Both the position numbers and the translations under genes were made by a program. Shown piece by piece: positions 13,514 to 29,665 of a stretch of DNA of 64,000 nucleotides (the first letter of the stretch is position 1; each line of letters starts with the position of its first letter). Source of the DNA: Chrysomallon squamiferum (taxonomy: Eukaryota > Animalia > Mollusca); the NCBI GenBank assembly GCA_012295275.1, contig CM022672.1, forward strand, positions 22,072,001-22,136,000, in the 5' to 3' direction. Under the pieces are notes generated by a model. It searched no databases, was not told where the DNA came from, and was given only the letters and a program-made list of their open reading frames with translations.

Positions 13514-14981
13514 TATATCAAATTCTAAAAATAGATCGCACTGCTCACTACGGCTAGTTTTGTTACAAGGAACATGTTTGACTAAACACCGGCCATGACG
13601 ATAACCTAATCTGCAATATTACCACGATTTCTTTCGTACATTATTAAATATCATAAGTTTGAATAAACTTTTAGATATTGTATCTTTATTACGAATGGAA
13701 AAGTAAATTTTTCTAACAAAAATAAATGAATTAGATCATCCGGAAAAAAAAAAAAAAAAAAAAAAAAAAATAACACAAAAAAAAACTTCATTAGTCTTTA
13801 TGACGTCATGACAATTGAACCTTTAATCCTTGCATTTCTACGATCAAATATGAAAACCTAAATTTTTACGTATTAATTGTTTTATTTTCAATTCGAAAAG
13901 AAAAAGCATGGGCTAATATGTATGATAGAGGTATCCAGCAAACAAGAAAAGGAAACCGCACTAAGGTAAAACATATGAACATTTTCTTCTTAGCTAGTAA
14001 TCAGATTGTAGTTTCGATTGTATAAAATAGTAATACGTAAATAACGGCAACCTGGTCGGTCTTACACTGCACCTTACTTAATTAGCGATACCGTAACCTG
14101 TTATTTCTAAATTAACAATTAATATTATTGTGTGTTTGTGACACTCTCATATGGTATTAAGCATTTCCCGAGATTTATGAACGTTTGTCATTATGTTTGT
14201 ATTATTATATGTATGTATATATGCAAGTATGCATGAGTGCATGCATGCATGTATGTATGTATGTATGTATGTATGTATGTATGTATGTATGTATGTATGT
14301 ATATATATATATATATATATGAATGTATGTATGTATGTATCAGTATGTGTGTGTATATATTATATATAAATACACACACACACACACACAAATATACTGA
14401 CATGCATAGATGGCTAGATATATATGTGTGTGTGTGTGAGTGAAAAGATGATACGACAAAACATATGAAAATATTCACAATAATAAACCTGTTTGTTGTC
14501 TTCATTGTTTCATACAAAACGTTCACAATAGCTAACGGTTCTCATCTGTGATTAAAAATAATAGAAAAACAATAAAACATTTATGGGCAACTGCAGCACG
14601 GTTCATTAATCACTTCTGACTATAACAGTGCTGAACTGTGATAAAATAACAACATCAAACAATGTGTGCTTTTTTCTGTGTGTATTCGTTTGTGTGCGTG
14701 TATTGGTGTGTGGGTGTGCGTATGTGTGTGTGTGTGTGTGTGTAGGTGAACGTTTTTGTGTATGTGTCTCTGTGTTGGTTATTTTATTATTGTAAAGAAG
14801 AAAAAAAATCCATCTAGTTTTTCAATGCTAAGGTTGTGAAACTGAATTTTAGTAGGAATTGTTATGGTTATTATCTTATATTCTTTTTATTCAAAGATTT
14901 GTTAGTTTCACTAAAACCACAGGTAACGACAATATAACAACAAAAAGACCCTAACAAAACAATCAATAAAAGAAACAAACA

Positions 14982-15017
<36 letters not shown>

Positions 15018-15066
15018 CAACTAAAAATAAACAAACAAAATAACAACATTTATAAATACAAACAAT

Positions 15067-15098
<32 letters not shown>

Positions 15099-16149
15099 GG
15101 ATTTAAAGTTAACCTAGTGCACCACCCATTATGTCATAGGATGTTTATTAAACTGACACCAAAGGGAGATAAACAAAGGTTCTATCTGTCTCGTCCTTCT
15201 TTTCTACACTGACAAGTTTCTGTCATTTCGTTCCGATTGTCTTGGCTTTCCAAGTACCAGTGTCACAGGTCACGAGAGGTCAGTGTACGAGTCCTTGCGA
15301 GAATTGTAATCGTCTTTGTGGGTTTGGAGCACAGTCGACTTGTCGCTGCAGTTTCCTGACGACCGAGTTCAACGAATCTGTTTTATACTCGAGGTGGTTG
15401 CGTAAGGACTACACTTGAACCCTCTGTCGTACAGAATTTTGCATTAAATATTACGAAAGGAGATAAATTTAAACAAAGCAAATGCTAGTAAAGATCTCTC
15501 GAACGTGGTTCTGTTGACAGCGATACAAGTCACTGACCATCCAGAGTAAAATCTGTTAAATAGGGCACTGAAGACGTCAGACATCAGATATACAGAAATT
15601 ACGATTCAGAGCTGAGACATACAAACATATATACATATATACATACATACATACATACATAACACATACATACATACACACACACACACATTACATACAC
15701 ATACATACAAACATAGATACATACAATAGATACAACGAAATACAAACATACATAAAATAATAGAAATAAATAAAATAAACTGATAAAATAATAGAAATAA
15801 ATAAACGCGCGCCTGATAAACCCAAAACGCACGCACGCACATACACACACGGAAACACATACACACACACACACACACGGAAACACATACCCACGCAAAC
15901 TGTATCATCCAACACAGAATTTTATGTTTTATTGGCGCTTTCCTTTTCTGAACTCTCCCTGTTTCGTACCCTTGTTTCGTAACCGTATATTGCATTTAAG
16001 TCCATTGTCGAAAATCTACTATCTCATTTTTACTTATATTAAAATGTTATTTTCATTTACTCTACTGAATAAAAATTTAAGACATATTTTTCTGTGGATA
16101 TAAACATGGAGGTAATGCAGTACAAATTAAATTACTTTTTGAAACACTA

Positions 16150-16530
16150 ATGATTAATAATGAAAATATAAAACGAAGATTTATTATTATTTTTTTTTTT
16201 TAATTTAAAAATTCGAGAATATCATCAAATGGATGTACCGAGATAGCAGGTCAGTTCAAAATACCAGTTTGACAACAATGTTGTACATTTTGTTTATTTA
16301 TAATGTAGACAGATCTCGGAAGCGATGCAATAACAATTAATTAGTTCTAGAAACTATGAAAATTAATAAGGAAAATATAAAACGAAGATTCTTCTATTTA
16401 GAAATTCACCAAGTTAGCAGTTCAGTTGAAAATAACTGTTCGACACGTATGTTGCATTGTCTATTTAAATATAATGTAGATGCAATTAGGACAAATACAG
16501 ACCGAGAATAATTGTTAGTTTCAAGTCTGA
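16150..16530. repeat. Diverged tandem duplication, ~209-bp period, 2 copies
   Basis: GAAAATATAAAACGAAGATT occurs at 16162 and 16371, each followed by similar tagcagNtcagttNaaa...tataatgtaga sequence. Confidence 0.8.
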
Positions 16531-16699
16531 GGAATGGTTTGGCGACAGATGCTCCTTTGTTAAGTACAGTATTATCGTTAGTGTCGCCGGTATTCGAACC
16601 TTACACAGTTAACACAGGAATTCTGTGTCCAATTTAGTCTGGTCTTTCAAAATGATGACTTAATATTATTTCTGAAATATTTAATTATATACTTACTTT

Positions 16700-16731
16700 G
16701 CTTATTTATTTAATTATTTATTTATTTATTT

Positions 16732-16766
<35 letters not shown>

Positions 16767-17143
16767 TCTATTTATTTATTTATATATTTATTTATTTTTG
16801 TTTATTTATTTATGTATTTATTTATTTATTTATTCATTTATTTATACTTTTTTTATTATTGATTTACTTTATTTCCTTTTTATAGTATTATTTTTTTTTT
16901 TTTTTTTTTTTTTTTTTTATTTCATTTCATTTTTATGTTGATTTATTATTTATTTATTTATTTATTCATTTAATTTTGTTTGTTTGTTCTTTTATCGTTT
17001 TTCTTTCTTTTTTTTTACCCAACGAGTAGGAGGAAAATGGTACTTGAAAATATTTTATGTATGTATGTATTTATCTACCTTTTATTATTTATTTTTTTTC
17101 TATTTTATTCTATTATGTTTTATTTCGTTTCCTATTGATATTG

Positions 17144-17209
<66 letters not shown>

Positions 17210-17255
17210 CATCATCATTATTATTATTATCATTTATTTATTTATTTATTTATTT
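16700..17255. repeat. (ATTT)n / (TTA)n low-complexity tract
   Basis: Directly visible. Confidence 0.9.
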
Positions 17256-17833
17256 TATATCTTATTAGTTTTATCTTTTTTACTCATTCTTTTTAACTGT
17301 TTTACTGAATTTGTCTTATTCATTTTATCTCTGTTTTTTTTTTTTTTTATATAACCTTGGTTTTTATTAAAGTCCAGACAAAAAATGAACTCTGTCTTCA
17401 TATGATGAAGAATCACGTAAAACTAGAACTTCTGATCAGTTTTATTTAGTTTTATTTATTTTTTATTTCAAAAAATTCCAGTTCTTAGTTCTCTTTCGAT
17501 CAATCAATAACGCTTCTTGTTAAACATTTACATTTTTTAATCTTTTTTTTTTTCTTCTTCTTCTTTTTTTTTTTTTTTTATGTTTAGAACTAAATGTCAC
17601 GTTGTTAATGTTAATATTATTTAGATAACTGTCAAGAAAGTAGTCTTTAACCTTTCGTGTTAACCAGGAAATCTTTCTTTTTTCTTCCTGCACCGTCTAA
17701 TCGTAAGTCTGATGAATTACGCACAACACAGTTGATGTCATAGTTGCAATACAGATAAAACGAATAATCTCTTCAGTAGCATGTTCGGGAGGGCTGTTGT
17801 CTAATAATGGCAAGAGAGAACAGCTTTTGGGCA

Positions 17834-17869
<36 letters not shown>

Positions 17870-18500
17870 ATTATATTATATTATATTATTTTTAATTTAT
17901 ATTATTTTTTTCCCATTTCTTCAGTAAGGTGCCTTGTTACGTCTAAAAGGTGCCTTCTTAATAATAATAATTTAAAAAAAATAACAGCTCTTTGTGTGTT
18001 GAAAATATGTCCCCATTTCAATTATCTGTGCAGATATTAACCACATGTTTAACGCCGTTCAACCTCAACGTAATTTAATTGTATAAAGTGTCATTAAATA
18101 AATACAAAAAAAAAAAATCCTCTTTTAAAGCACGTTCTGTCAGCCAAGGTCAAAAAATCAAAACTGGGACAAAACGAGATAGATTAAAATATCCTACGCC
18201 ATCGTTAATGGCTGAAATAAGAAATAACTAGTTGCATAGCATTAGACGAATTTTAGCACTGCAGAAATACTGGAACCAGTTTGCATTAGTTGAAGTAGAT
18301 TACTCTGAAAAGGACAGCATGCAGTACCTATGTAAGTGCATTATTCTTCAGAATAAAAGTGAAATCTTAAAACTTTTTAATCACATATTTTATATAATAG
18401 ATTTATCTTCAGTTCAATGTACAAGTAAAATAAACCTGGTTCATTAACTTTATTTATATCGTGAACTGGTATAATACAGTTTTTAGTTGTATTATACTTA

Positions 18501-18555
<55 letters not shown>

Positions 18556-18899
18556 ACACATATATCTATATCAGTTCCATTTACATATTAATCAACGCGC
18601 GTATATCAGTTTTATTTATAAGCTTACAAAGTCTACATCTATTATATTTATATTTGTAGACACGCATATATCAGTTTCATTTATATGCAAACATTTATAC
18701 ATATTTTATGAGGATTATTTATTAACATAGTCACACCTATATCAATTTTATTCGTATTTATAAAGATAAGTCTTATTATTCTATTAATATTTATATGTGC
18801 ACGCCCATCACGTATTGTATTTATTTTATTCACATATACAGAAACGTATTTATTTGTCTAATTATTTACATAGACAGAAATCATAATATCAGTTTTATT

Positions 18900-20730
<1,831 letters not shown>

Positions 20731-21378
20731 CCTCTGGGAAGATTAGTTCAAATGTAACTTAAGTGAACTTCAAATTAACTCGATTTCGTATGTAATTGAA
20801 TATTCAGAGGTATCTCAGTTGACACTAAAGGTAGCACTATCACTTACACCTCAACGGCTTTTTAATTCAATCAACAGGAACGAAATAATTTCATCCGTTA
20901 CGTTCGAAAATAAGAAAGAGGAAAAGAAAATGAAAAATAAATAGAAGTAACAATTAGATTGATTAATTTGTTATGTGATTTCAATGGACATCTATATATA
21001 TGTGTGGTTGTGGTTGTGTTTTGTGTGTGTGTGTGTGTGTAATGTATAGGTGTGTGTATATGTATATGTGTCTGTGTATAATGTATGTATATACACACAT
21101 TCATTTATCCTATTCCCATGGCAACATTTCTATCTGTCTCTCTCTCTATTTCATCACACACAAACACACACACACACATATAGGAGAGATAGGTGTGCGT
21201 TAGTATTTGTGTATGTGTGTGTTAAAGGTTGTCTGTGTTTGTATATAGATAGATACATAATGACAGACATACATACGCACGTATGAACAAACAAATTTGT
21301 TATGTCATTTTTTCTTTATTTAAATTTATTTATTTATCTATTTATTTATTTTATTTTATTTTTGATTTTGATTTTATA

Positions 21379-21380
<2 letters not shown>

Positions 21381-21432
<52 letters not shown>

Positions 21433-21433
21433 G

Positions 21434-21492
<59 letters not shown>
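21381..21492. repeat. (TTA)n + (TG)n microsatellites
   Basis: Directly visible. Confidence 0.95.
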
Positions 21493-21495
<3 letters not shown>

Positions 21496-22073
21496 AGTTT
21501 GTATGTACGTATGTAATGTACTCTGGGTATACCAGTACTGTTTGTATAGCTGCATAAAGAAGATTTTTCGAACACAAACATTTAGGACCATTTCCAGCTA
21601 TGAACTGACTAGACGTCTAGGTGAATGAGAAATACGCTAATTATTAACAAGTAGAAATATTTCATTTAAAAGAACATCATCAAGGCACTGAACTCGAAAT
21701 CCAAGTACATTTAGGTAAGTTTCAGAACTGGGAATGAACAGGTGCAACTATCTGAAAATAGTGAGTGTTGATTGATATAGAAACTCGTTGTTAATATAAT
21801 TAATATTTTATTTGTTAAGTTAGTACTGGGATCTGGCTGTTGAGCTCAGGTATGATCGTTGAATATTTAATGTGGCTCTGGGATAAAACATTTCAGTAAT
21901 CAGAGTATGCATTGAACAGAAATACGCCCACACACACATACACGCACACACACAGATATATACTATAGACGCTTGTGTTTTATTTGCATGTCTGTGTGTA
22001 TATATGTGTGTATATATGTGTGTGTGTGTGTGTTTATGTTATATAATATGTTTGTAATATTTTATTTACTACT

Positions 22074-22131
<58 letters not shown>

Positions 22132-23457
22132 TAATATACATGTAGATAGGTTTGTATATATTTGTATATATGCAGATCCTTAGATTTGTCTGTACATATA
22201 TTAATTCATCAATTTCCTATTGTTGTTAGATTGATAGATCCGACTATGGATCAATCTATCTTACTCTACCTTTTTTGTTATTTATTTATGTATTTATTTA
22301 TTTATTCATTTCTGACCTTCAACCAAGTGGAACTCTTTTTCTAGAAACAGTAAAAAAAAAAAAAAAAAAGTACTTTCAGCCTTGTTTGCTATGCCCCGAA
22401 GTCGTTGCTGCTGACGTTCTATCGATTTGCTGTCAACGTTGTGACAGTGCCATGTGTGCGCTCGCGAAAGGTTAGCGCCTGATGCCCCGCAGGTGGTAGC
22501 AAACTTTGTTAGCATTTTACAATAGAAGACTTGGGCGCAGGGCGTTAAAAGAAGACACGGATACAGAGAAACACGGCGAAAAATATTAGGAAACACGCTC
22601 GAAGCCCTGTCCAAACACGTTTTACGTCTGCTAATGGACTTCAGAAACACGAGCATACTGTGGGAACTGTCAAACGGAAATTCCCTATTATCGTCCGTTG
22701 GGGGAAATCATTCAAAATCGTGAACAGCGACTAAGAAATTTATCGATTGGTATGCGGCGTTGTAAATAACGGGCCAATCTTTTCTGTTAAGCGGTCACTG
22801 CGCCCAACAAGATAAGCAGTTAACATGACTCATTACCTGTCAGGCGATGATAATCGATAAACTCAATGGTTCCGATAACCGAAAACCCAACGACATAAAA
22901 GCCTCTACAGTCGAACTGTATGGGACGTAGTAAAAGCTGTCGTGTTTATGTTTTAGGAGTCGTTGTGTTGACGTTGTGTTTTCATGAGATGCTGTTGACG
23001 TTCTGTTCAAAAGGGACATCAAGGACAAGCGATTCATGACGTCTTGTTATTATTTTTTATTTTTTTTTTTTTTTTTTTTGGTTTTGTTAACAAGTCGTGT
23101 CTGCGTTCTTATGGTGTGAAAATATCGATATGGATAAAAATGCAAATTGCTAAACATGTAACGGTTAAATGGAAAAAAAAAAAAATAAAAGAGATCTTAG
23201 TTCATTAAAGCAAAACGAGACAATGCATGCTTTTTATAGGTTTTACGAGCTTCCTGTTTCCCGGGGAGAGAAAGAAATACGGAAGTGAATTAAGGAATGA
23301 ACGAATCAATCGACGAATCAGTCAGTCGGTCGGTTGATGGTCAGCTTTACCGACGACACTAACAAGCTGAACGAACAGCTTTTATTTACCCAGCCTCGCT
23401 TCCAGCAGTTGTCTCCGTCAAATTACCGATAAGTACGTAAATCTGGTTCCGTTTTAT

Positions 23458-23695
23458 TAGCATCTCAGTTTAGAGTGCTCGACTGATGCATCACCTGTCT
23501 TAGGATCAGTCCTCCTTACTGCGCTAAATAGGCGATTTCCCGTTATAACCAGTACTCCACAACGGCTGTCGTGTACGCCCTCCTGACGTTGGGAAGGTGA
23601 ATGTATACAAAATATCTTGCTGCTACAGAGGTTTTCTCTGAAGTCTGCTTGTATTGCAGTATCATCAAGTTTGACATCCAGTAGTTTATTAATTG
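23458..23695 (+). mobile_element. Decayed tRNA-derived SINE (family A, Meta-domain-like)
   Basis: tRNA-like head (tagagtgctcgactgatgc...taggatcagtcc), then ccagtactccacaac and core gggaaggtgaatgtatacaaaatatcttgctgcta...ggttttctct. The core is shared with copies at ~39.3, 43.4, 47.7 and 57.5 kb. Family name is from recall. Confidence 0.65.
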
Positions 23696-24175
23696 GTTAT
23701 TTTTTTTTTTTTTATTAACTCAGCAAGCAGATATAACAGAAGTTGTTTGTTTGTTATTATTGTTTATTTCTTCTCTCTACTGCTACAGACTATTATACTA
23801 CTGCTACCTCTAATTTATGACAACTACTACCGTTACTACTACCACTACTACAACTACATCTTCTAAAACAACTACTACTATTACTACTACTACTAACAAT
23901 ATTCCTTTCTTTTTTCTTCTTTTTTTTATATTTATTTATTCTGTTATTATTATTATTTGCTTTTTATGGCACCTATTATAAAACATTTTATTTTTGGTTC
24001 ACATAAAAAAACCAATAATTTTTTCTACACGAAACGTTGATGAAATTTTTGATAAAAAAAAGTTTTATATGAATAAAATCCATAGAAATCGGTCAAATTT
24101 TCAAGCAAAGACCCATTTACATTTATGAATAATGCATTACGTAGTCTTACTACAACTCTTAACTTACAACTAGCA

Positions 24176-24207
<32 letters not shown>

Positions 24208-24484
24208 GGTTGTTGTTGTTCTGCTTTTTCTACATTGAATCTGTTCGCATTTCCTGCAAGATCAGACACGGCACTGACAGTTCTAAATGATTAATAAAAC
24301 GAACCTGTCGCCCGTTCCTACTAGACCTCGTAAAGTGAAAGAGTGCGACAAAACAGCACAATAACTAAATTAACTCCCGTGACACATCAATCAACCGTTC
24401 CCTTCCATGGTACCAAAGTCCGATCAATAAAGGCTGGAATTCCTAAAGAGTCTCGAGGGAGATGCCCAATCCTCTTGGCCAACA

Positions 24485-24995
24485 TTGTATTGAAATAATG
24501 AATCATTTTATCAGAAAACAGCAGACTGGCACTGTTTTCTAGAATTCGGGATCATTCCGAATGAAACAAAGGGAATTAACAGATACCGAGACCGTTCAGT
24601 CTAAGACGATATCAGGGTTCAGGGGTCACTGAGGTCTCTGTATATCCCTGTGTAAATGTACTGAAATAAAGAATCGTTTTATCAGAAAACAGCACAGTGG
24701 CAGTAGAATTTCTAGAAATCGAGATTCCTCGTCTGAAAGAAACCGCAAGTCATTTTCAGTGACCATTCATCCTATGATGATATCTAGATTCTGAGGTTTC
24801 TGAGGTTTCTGTTACCCCGATGGAATGTGTTGAAATAAAAAATCATTTTATATAAAAAAAAATTAAAAAACCCACAGCATGGTGGCAGTATTTTCTAGAA
24901 TTTGAAACAAACCCGCATATCTTATACCGTGACTATTCAATCTATGGCGATTTATATTGGTTATGATTCTGAAGTCTCTCATGTCTCTCTTGCCC
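24485..24995. repeat. Diverged tandem repeat, ~170-bp unit, 3 copies
   Basis: tgaaataaNNaatcNtttta...tggcaNt...ttctagaa starts at 24491, 24662 and 24831. Confidence 0.85.
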
Positions 24996-27394
24996 TGACA
25001 TAATTTTTATAATGAACATAAAACATTTGGGAATCATCTTGAAGTACGAAACGATAATTCTTGTCCAGTAGGTAATAACTGCAGACATGATACGAAAGAT
25101 CAGTTTGTTAACCAGAAATGAGTATTGATTTTTGTTTTTATGGGGACTAACCTGAAATTTGTTTTAAGTAAGAGGCTGTCCAACAGACAAGAATCAGAGA
25201 CATAATATGCAGTTTACTTTGGTTATTAAAATGAATACTGGTTATTAACGATGTGTTTGCAAAGAGCCCTATAAATTAAAACCATGCATACAAAGATCTC
25301 ATGAACCATATCCCATTTTTTAAATCTAGATATCGCGTGCTTAGGGTACAGGCATGAACAAATTAAAAGTTAAAGGTTTTCTAGTTTGATTATAAAATCA
25401 TAATCTTTGCCATTAACAGTTTTTCCTTTGTTACATTGGGGATTATAGTACCGTATTTGATCACGTGCTCTGAAAATACTGTTGCCATGACGCTGCAGCA
25501 TCCAAAACGAGCCACTATCCCAGGATACGCATTTTGGAACGTGTTAAGGTTGTGCTCTAAGCACTTGACAAAATGGTTATTTAACTAGGCTGCATGTAAC
25601 CCTGAACTATGAAATATCGCGGTTAGAGACTCAATTTATGACATTTATGTTAATTTGCTATATCAGTAATACTTGTACGATTTTCCTAAAGTCTCAAACG
25701 CCAAATGCAGTTTACAGTAAAGCAGTCCCACACACCAGTTTGGAGTTTATTCTAGATTTCGAAATTCTTGGCTCCAAAACACGAACGTAATTTATTATTT
25801 AACAGTAGCCTGGTTTTATATACAAAAACTGTACTTATACTTCGTTCTTCTGTTTTAGCGTTTGTGTTTTAAACCCAAAGGTCAAAAATGCAATTCATGA
25901 TTAAACAGCACAACAAACCGATATACAATCTGCGAGCTTAAACAGTGTCATTATTTTATTTCACCAGAGGTCTCTGCGGGTATCGACAAAACAAACAGAC
26001 GTTTGGTTACGGGGTTGATACATAATGCACCATCCATTAACAAGCAGTGGTATTAATGGTGAAGGATTCAGAAACTATTATCTCCATATACCATTTTTCA
26101 TGCAGATGACAAATGACTTCGGTAAGTGATAACCACCGAATTAGCATAACGATATCGACTTCCAGCACGATATCCTTGATCAAACAACTTGATGTCAGTT
26201 AATTCTCGATCGCATGTCTTCGCAAACACTGCAACAGTTGAATATGTTTTTATTAAAATCTTGCGTGACGTGGAATACCGTGGCGACTGGTTTGTTGAGA
26301 CGAGGGGGGGGGGGGCTAATTGCTGGATGCGTCGTCTTTCAGCGTGGTAAACAAACCAGGCTGAAAACAGACGAAGCGTTTGCGAGTGCGGAAGTCAGAA
26401 ACAACGCGAGACAGAAATAAGGATATATCACATGTCAGTCAGATAATACACGATATTTGATAAGCAAAACTTCTTTTCAAGAGTTTTTCGTAAAGCTGGA
26501 GATCAGGAAACAAAAGACGATTGAATTTTATTCAACAAAATTCGATTGTTTTTTTTTTTTTTTTTTTCCATTTTCTCTTTGTGCTTTGTATCATGCAAAT
26601 ATTACAGAAAGGTTTATTAATCCTCAGAATATTTTAATATTTTAGTAATAAATAGTCTTTGAATTTTGTTAGCCTTGCAGCCGATATAGGAATTAGAAGG
26701 CAAATAAAAGCCAACCTTGTGAACGATGGTATAATCTAGGTGGTTTTTTATTGTTTATTTTTTTATTATTATTATTTTTGTTTATTGGCCAATATAAGAT
26801 TCCCTGTTAAGTGAAAAAGTGTAGAAAATGCCAATAATACAAATGCTAAAAGAAACACTGGTAGTTTCTGAATGAATTATCTTACACTAACACAAGTCAT
26901 ATATAACAAAACCTGAGGCAAATTACCCTTAATAACTCAGCTCTGTGACTTTACATACATCTAAACAAGCGTAGAAATCTCTTTAACCCTGTTTAAATTT
27001 ATATTTAAAGAGTACACGTTGATACGTTACAGAATGCTGGCATGTAAATTCGACATCCATTACAATATGTTTTCCTGTTTTTATTTCATTACAGTTGGGC
27101 GATGTTCTCGCTGTTATCGAATACCGGATCACGATGTGGACTCTTTTATACCACAACAGTAAGACTGAGGAGTAAGTAGTTCACTAGATTTGTTATCACA
27201 AATTCAAACCGTTTCAACGGCCACTGTATTAGAAGGTTACACTCTTATGCCACTAAATAATTTAGTATAATCATTTTAAACAATTTAAACTCCTTTTTGA
27301 TTGCTGATTAACACTGTGTTTGGAGTACGACAACGTTCGTTCAAAGCTCACTTTACCAGTCTTCTCTCGCTCATTCACTCCTTTAAAGCGTTTC

Positions 27395-27685
27395 ACTATC
27401 TCTCTCTTCCTCTCTGTCTCGCTCCTTCTATCTCCCAATCCTTTAGCCCTCACTCTCTCTCTCAGTCTCCCTCCCTCCGTCACATTCTCCCCTCTATCTC
27501 TCTCTGTATATATATCTCCATCCCTCCATTCATTTCTCTTTTTCACTCCTTCTTCAAAGCTTTTCATTGTCTCTCCCTTCCTTTATCCAACACTCTCCTC
27601 ACTTCCTCCCCTATCTCTCTCTCTGTCTCCCGCCCTCTTTCTGTATCTCTGTCCTCTTCCCCTCTCTCACCTTGATCTTTCTCAC
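27395..27685. repeat. Degenerate CT-rich low-complexity tract
   Basis: Strong pyrimidine bias; yields S/L/P pseudo-ORFs. Confidence 0.8.
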
Positions 27686-29057
27686 ACACAAACACTCATT
27701 ATTTTTCCCTTCGTTTTTTCCTCTAGAAAATTTAAAATAACAAAATTTGTTGGGTTTTTTTCCGAGCTTGCTATACATTCTACATCTAGATCAGTCCAGA
27801 TGAAAAAAATTGTCTGTGTGTGCGCGCCTCACTCTGTCTGCTTGCTCTAACAACAACTACCACGACAGATCGTGTCATTTGGGTGTAGAAATAAATGTTG
27901 GCTGCATACATTATTCACTCTGCAATCTGTGTTTATTTCAACGTAAATCAATAAAAACAGCATTACTTATTTATACTGTGTTCAGTTCACCTTCTCGCGT
28001 GAACAGTATTTACGTATAGTAATTATCAGAGTAAGGCGTGCATTCGCATAACGATGGTTTGTAGATCATTTGCATGTAATGTCGTTTTATATCTGCGCTC
28101 TTGCTTGCAGTGCGAGACCTGGGTGCGTGCAAACTCGAACGTGCATTTGATTTGAATGCACGAAAATCAGCTAATGTTCAAGTTTGATTTACTCAGTGGA
28201 GCAATGACCTTCATCCAAATCGACGTGTGCGTCCACTAAAGAAATTCGTTTTATGTAGGAAAAAAAAAGTCAAAACCTGTCCTGTGAAAATAAAAATTTT
28301 AACCATCCCCATGTATATGATGACACGAAATCTACTTTGAAGACTAGTAATTCGATAGATGTAAATTAATGCAATGAATTTTAATCTTTAGTGAGAAATA
28401 TGCTGATTTATGAAATGTCGCCGAGAACCATTCCAGAAAACAAAAAGTGTCCCTTCAAGCAAGACGACATAATTCATTAGTGGAGTGTGTCCCAATTCGG
28501 AATTAGTTTATTCCGTTGCGGTATGTAATATGTATATAGTGTACAGTGTCTATCAGTGTACAGTGTTTATGAGTTTTTTTTTTTTTTTTTTGGTTATATT
28601 TCCAATGATCCATAAATTGTCTCTTTCTGTAGTATATTTACTCTGATTTATTTGTCTACTTGGCGGTTGTGATACATTAGCATTTTTTAAAATTATATTT
28701 GGTTCTGATATCACGCGATTTTAGGTTGCGTTTGGTTGCAATATCCTAGCGTTCGTAATCAGGTGATTTTGCTGGCTTTGTAATAGTATAGTTCCAGACG
28801 GACAGACAGACAGACTGACTGACTGAGACAGACACAGACAGAGCGATTGAAACAGAAAAGAAAGAGAGTGTGAGAAAAGAGAGAGAGAGGGAAACAGACA
28901 AAAAGAGAGATGGCTATAATAGATTAGTGAGAGAGAGAGAGATAGACAGACAAAATGAGAGAGAAGATGACAGATGAGTGAGAGAGGGACAGAGGAAGAC
29001 AGACAAAAAAGAGAGAGGAAATGATAGATGACTGGGAGAGAGAGAAAAAAAAAAGAG

Positions 29058-29665
29058 GGGATGATAGACGAGTGGGAGAGAGGGAGACAAAAAGAGAGAG
29101 TGGATGATAAACAAGTAGGAGAGAGGGAGACAAACAAAAAGAGAGAGTGGATGATAAACAAGTAGGAGAGAGGGAGACAGACAAAAAGAGAGAGTGGATG
29201 ATAAACAAGTAGGAGAGAGGGAGACGGACAAAAAGACAGAGTGGATGATAAACAAGTGGGAGAGAGGGAGACAGACAAAAAGACAGAGTGGATGATAAAC
29301 AAGTAGGAGAGAGGGAGACAGACAAAAAGAGAGAGTGGATGATAAACAAGTAGGAGAGAGGGAGACGGACAAAAAGAGAGTGGATGATAAACAAGGGGAG
29401 AGGGAGACAGACAAAAAAGAGTGGATGATAAACAAGTAGGAGAGAGGGAGACAGACAAAAAGAGAGAGTGGATGATAAACAAGTAGGAGAGAGGGAGACA
29501 GACAAAAAGAGAGAGTGGATGATAAACAAGTAGGAGAGAGGGAGAGAGACAAAAAGAGAGAGTGGATGATAAACAAGTGGGAGAGAGGGAGACGGACAAA
29601 AAGAGAGAGTGGATGATAAACAAGTGGGAGAGAGGGAGACGGACAAAAAGAGAGAGTGGATAATA
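29058..29665. repeat. 47-bp purine-rich minisatellite, ~12-13 copies
   Basis: Unit tggatgataaacaagtaggagagagggagacagacaaaaagagagag. TGGAT recurs at 29101, 29148, 29195, 29242, 29289, 29336, 29381, 29422, 29469, 29516, 29563, 29610 and 29657. Confidence 0.95.

Noticed and set aside
13800-13809. Isolated CRE palindrome ATGACGTCAT
   Set aside because: A single motif without clustering; about one such 8-mer is expected by chance in a window of this size.
22306-22656. 116-aa minus-strand ORF as an alternative Cav2 exon
   Set aside because: No recognisable homology, and the only donor-like site (GAAA|GTACTT) is weak and phase 1, incompatible with the 2372 acceptor.
28140-28175. 8-bp stem hairpin followed by CTAA, like a Helitron 3' end
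   Set aside because: Too short, and no matching 5' end or second copy was seen.
28721-29646. Three overlapping 220-300 aa minus-strand ORFs
   Set aside because: Translation of the stop-free pyrimidine strand of the 47-bp minisatellite; open in all frames with no protein features.
29058-29665. Regularly spaced repeats superficially like a CRISPR array
   Set aside because: No unique spacers (units are head-to-tail near-identical), no cas genes, and a eukaryotic intron context.
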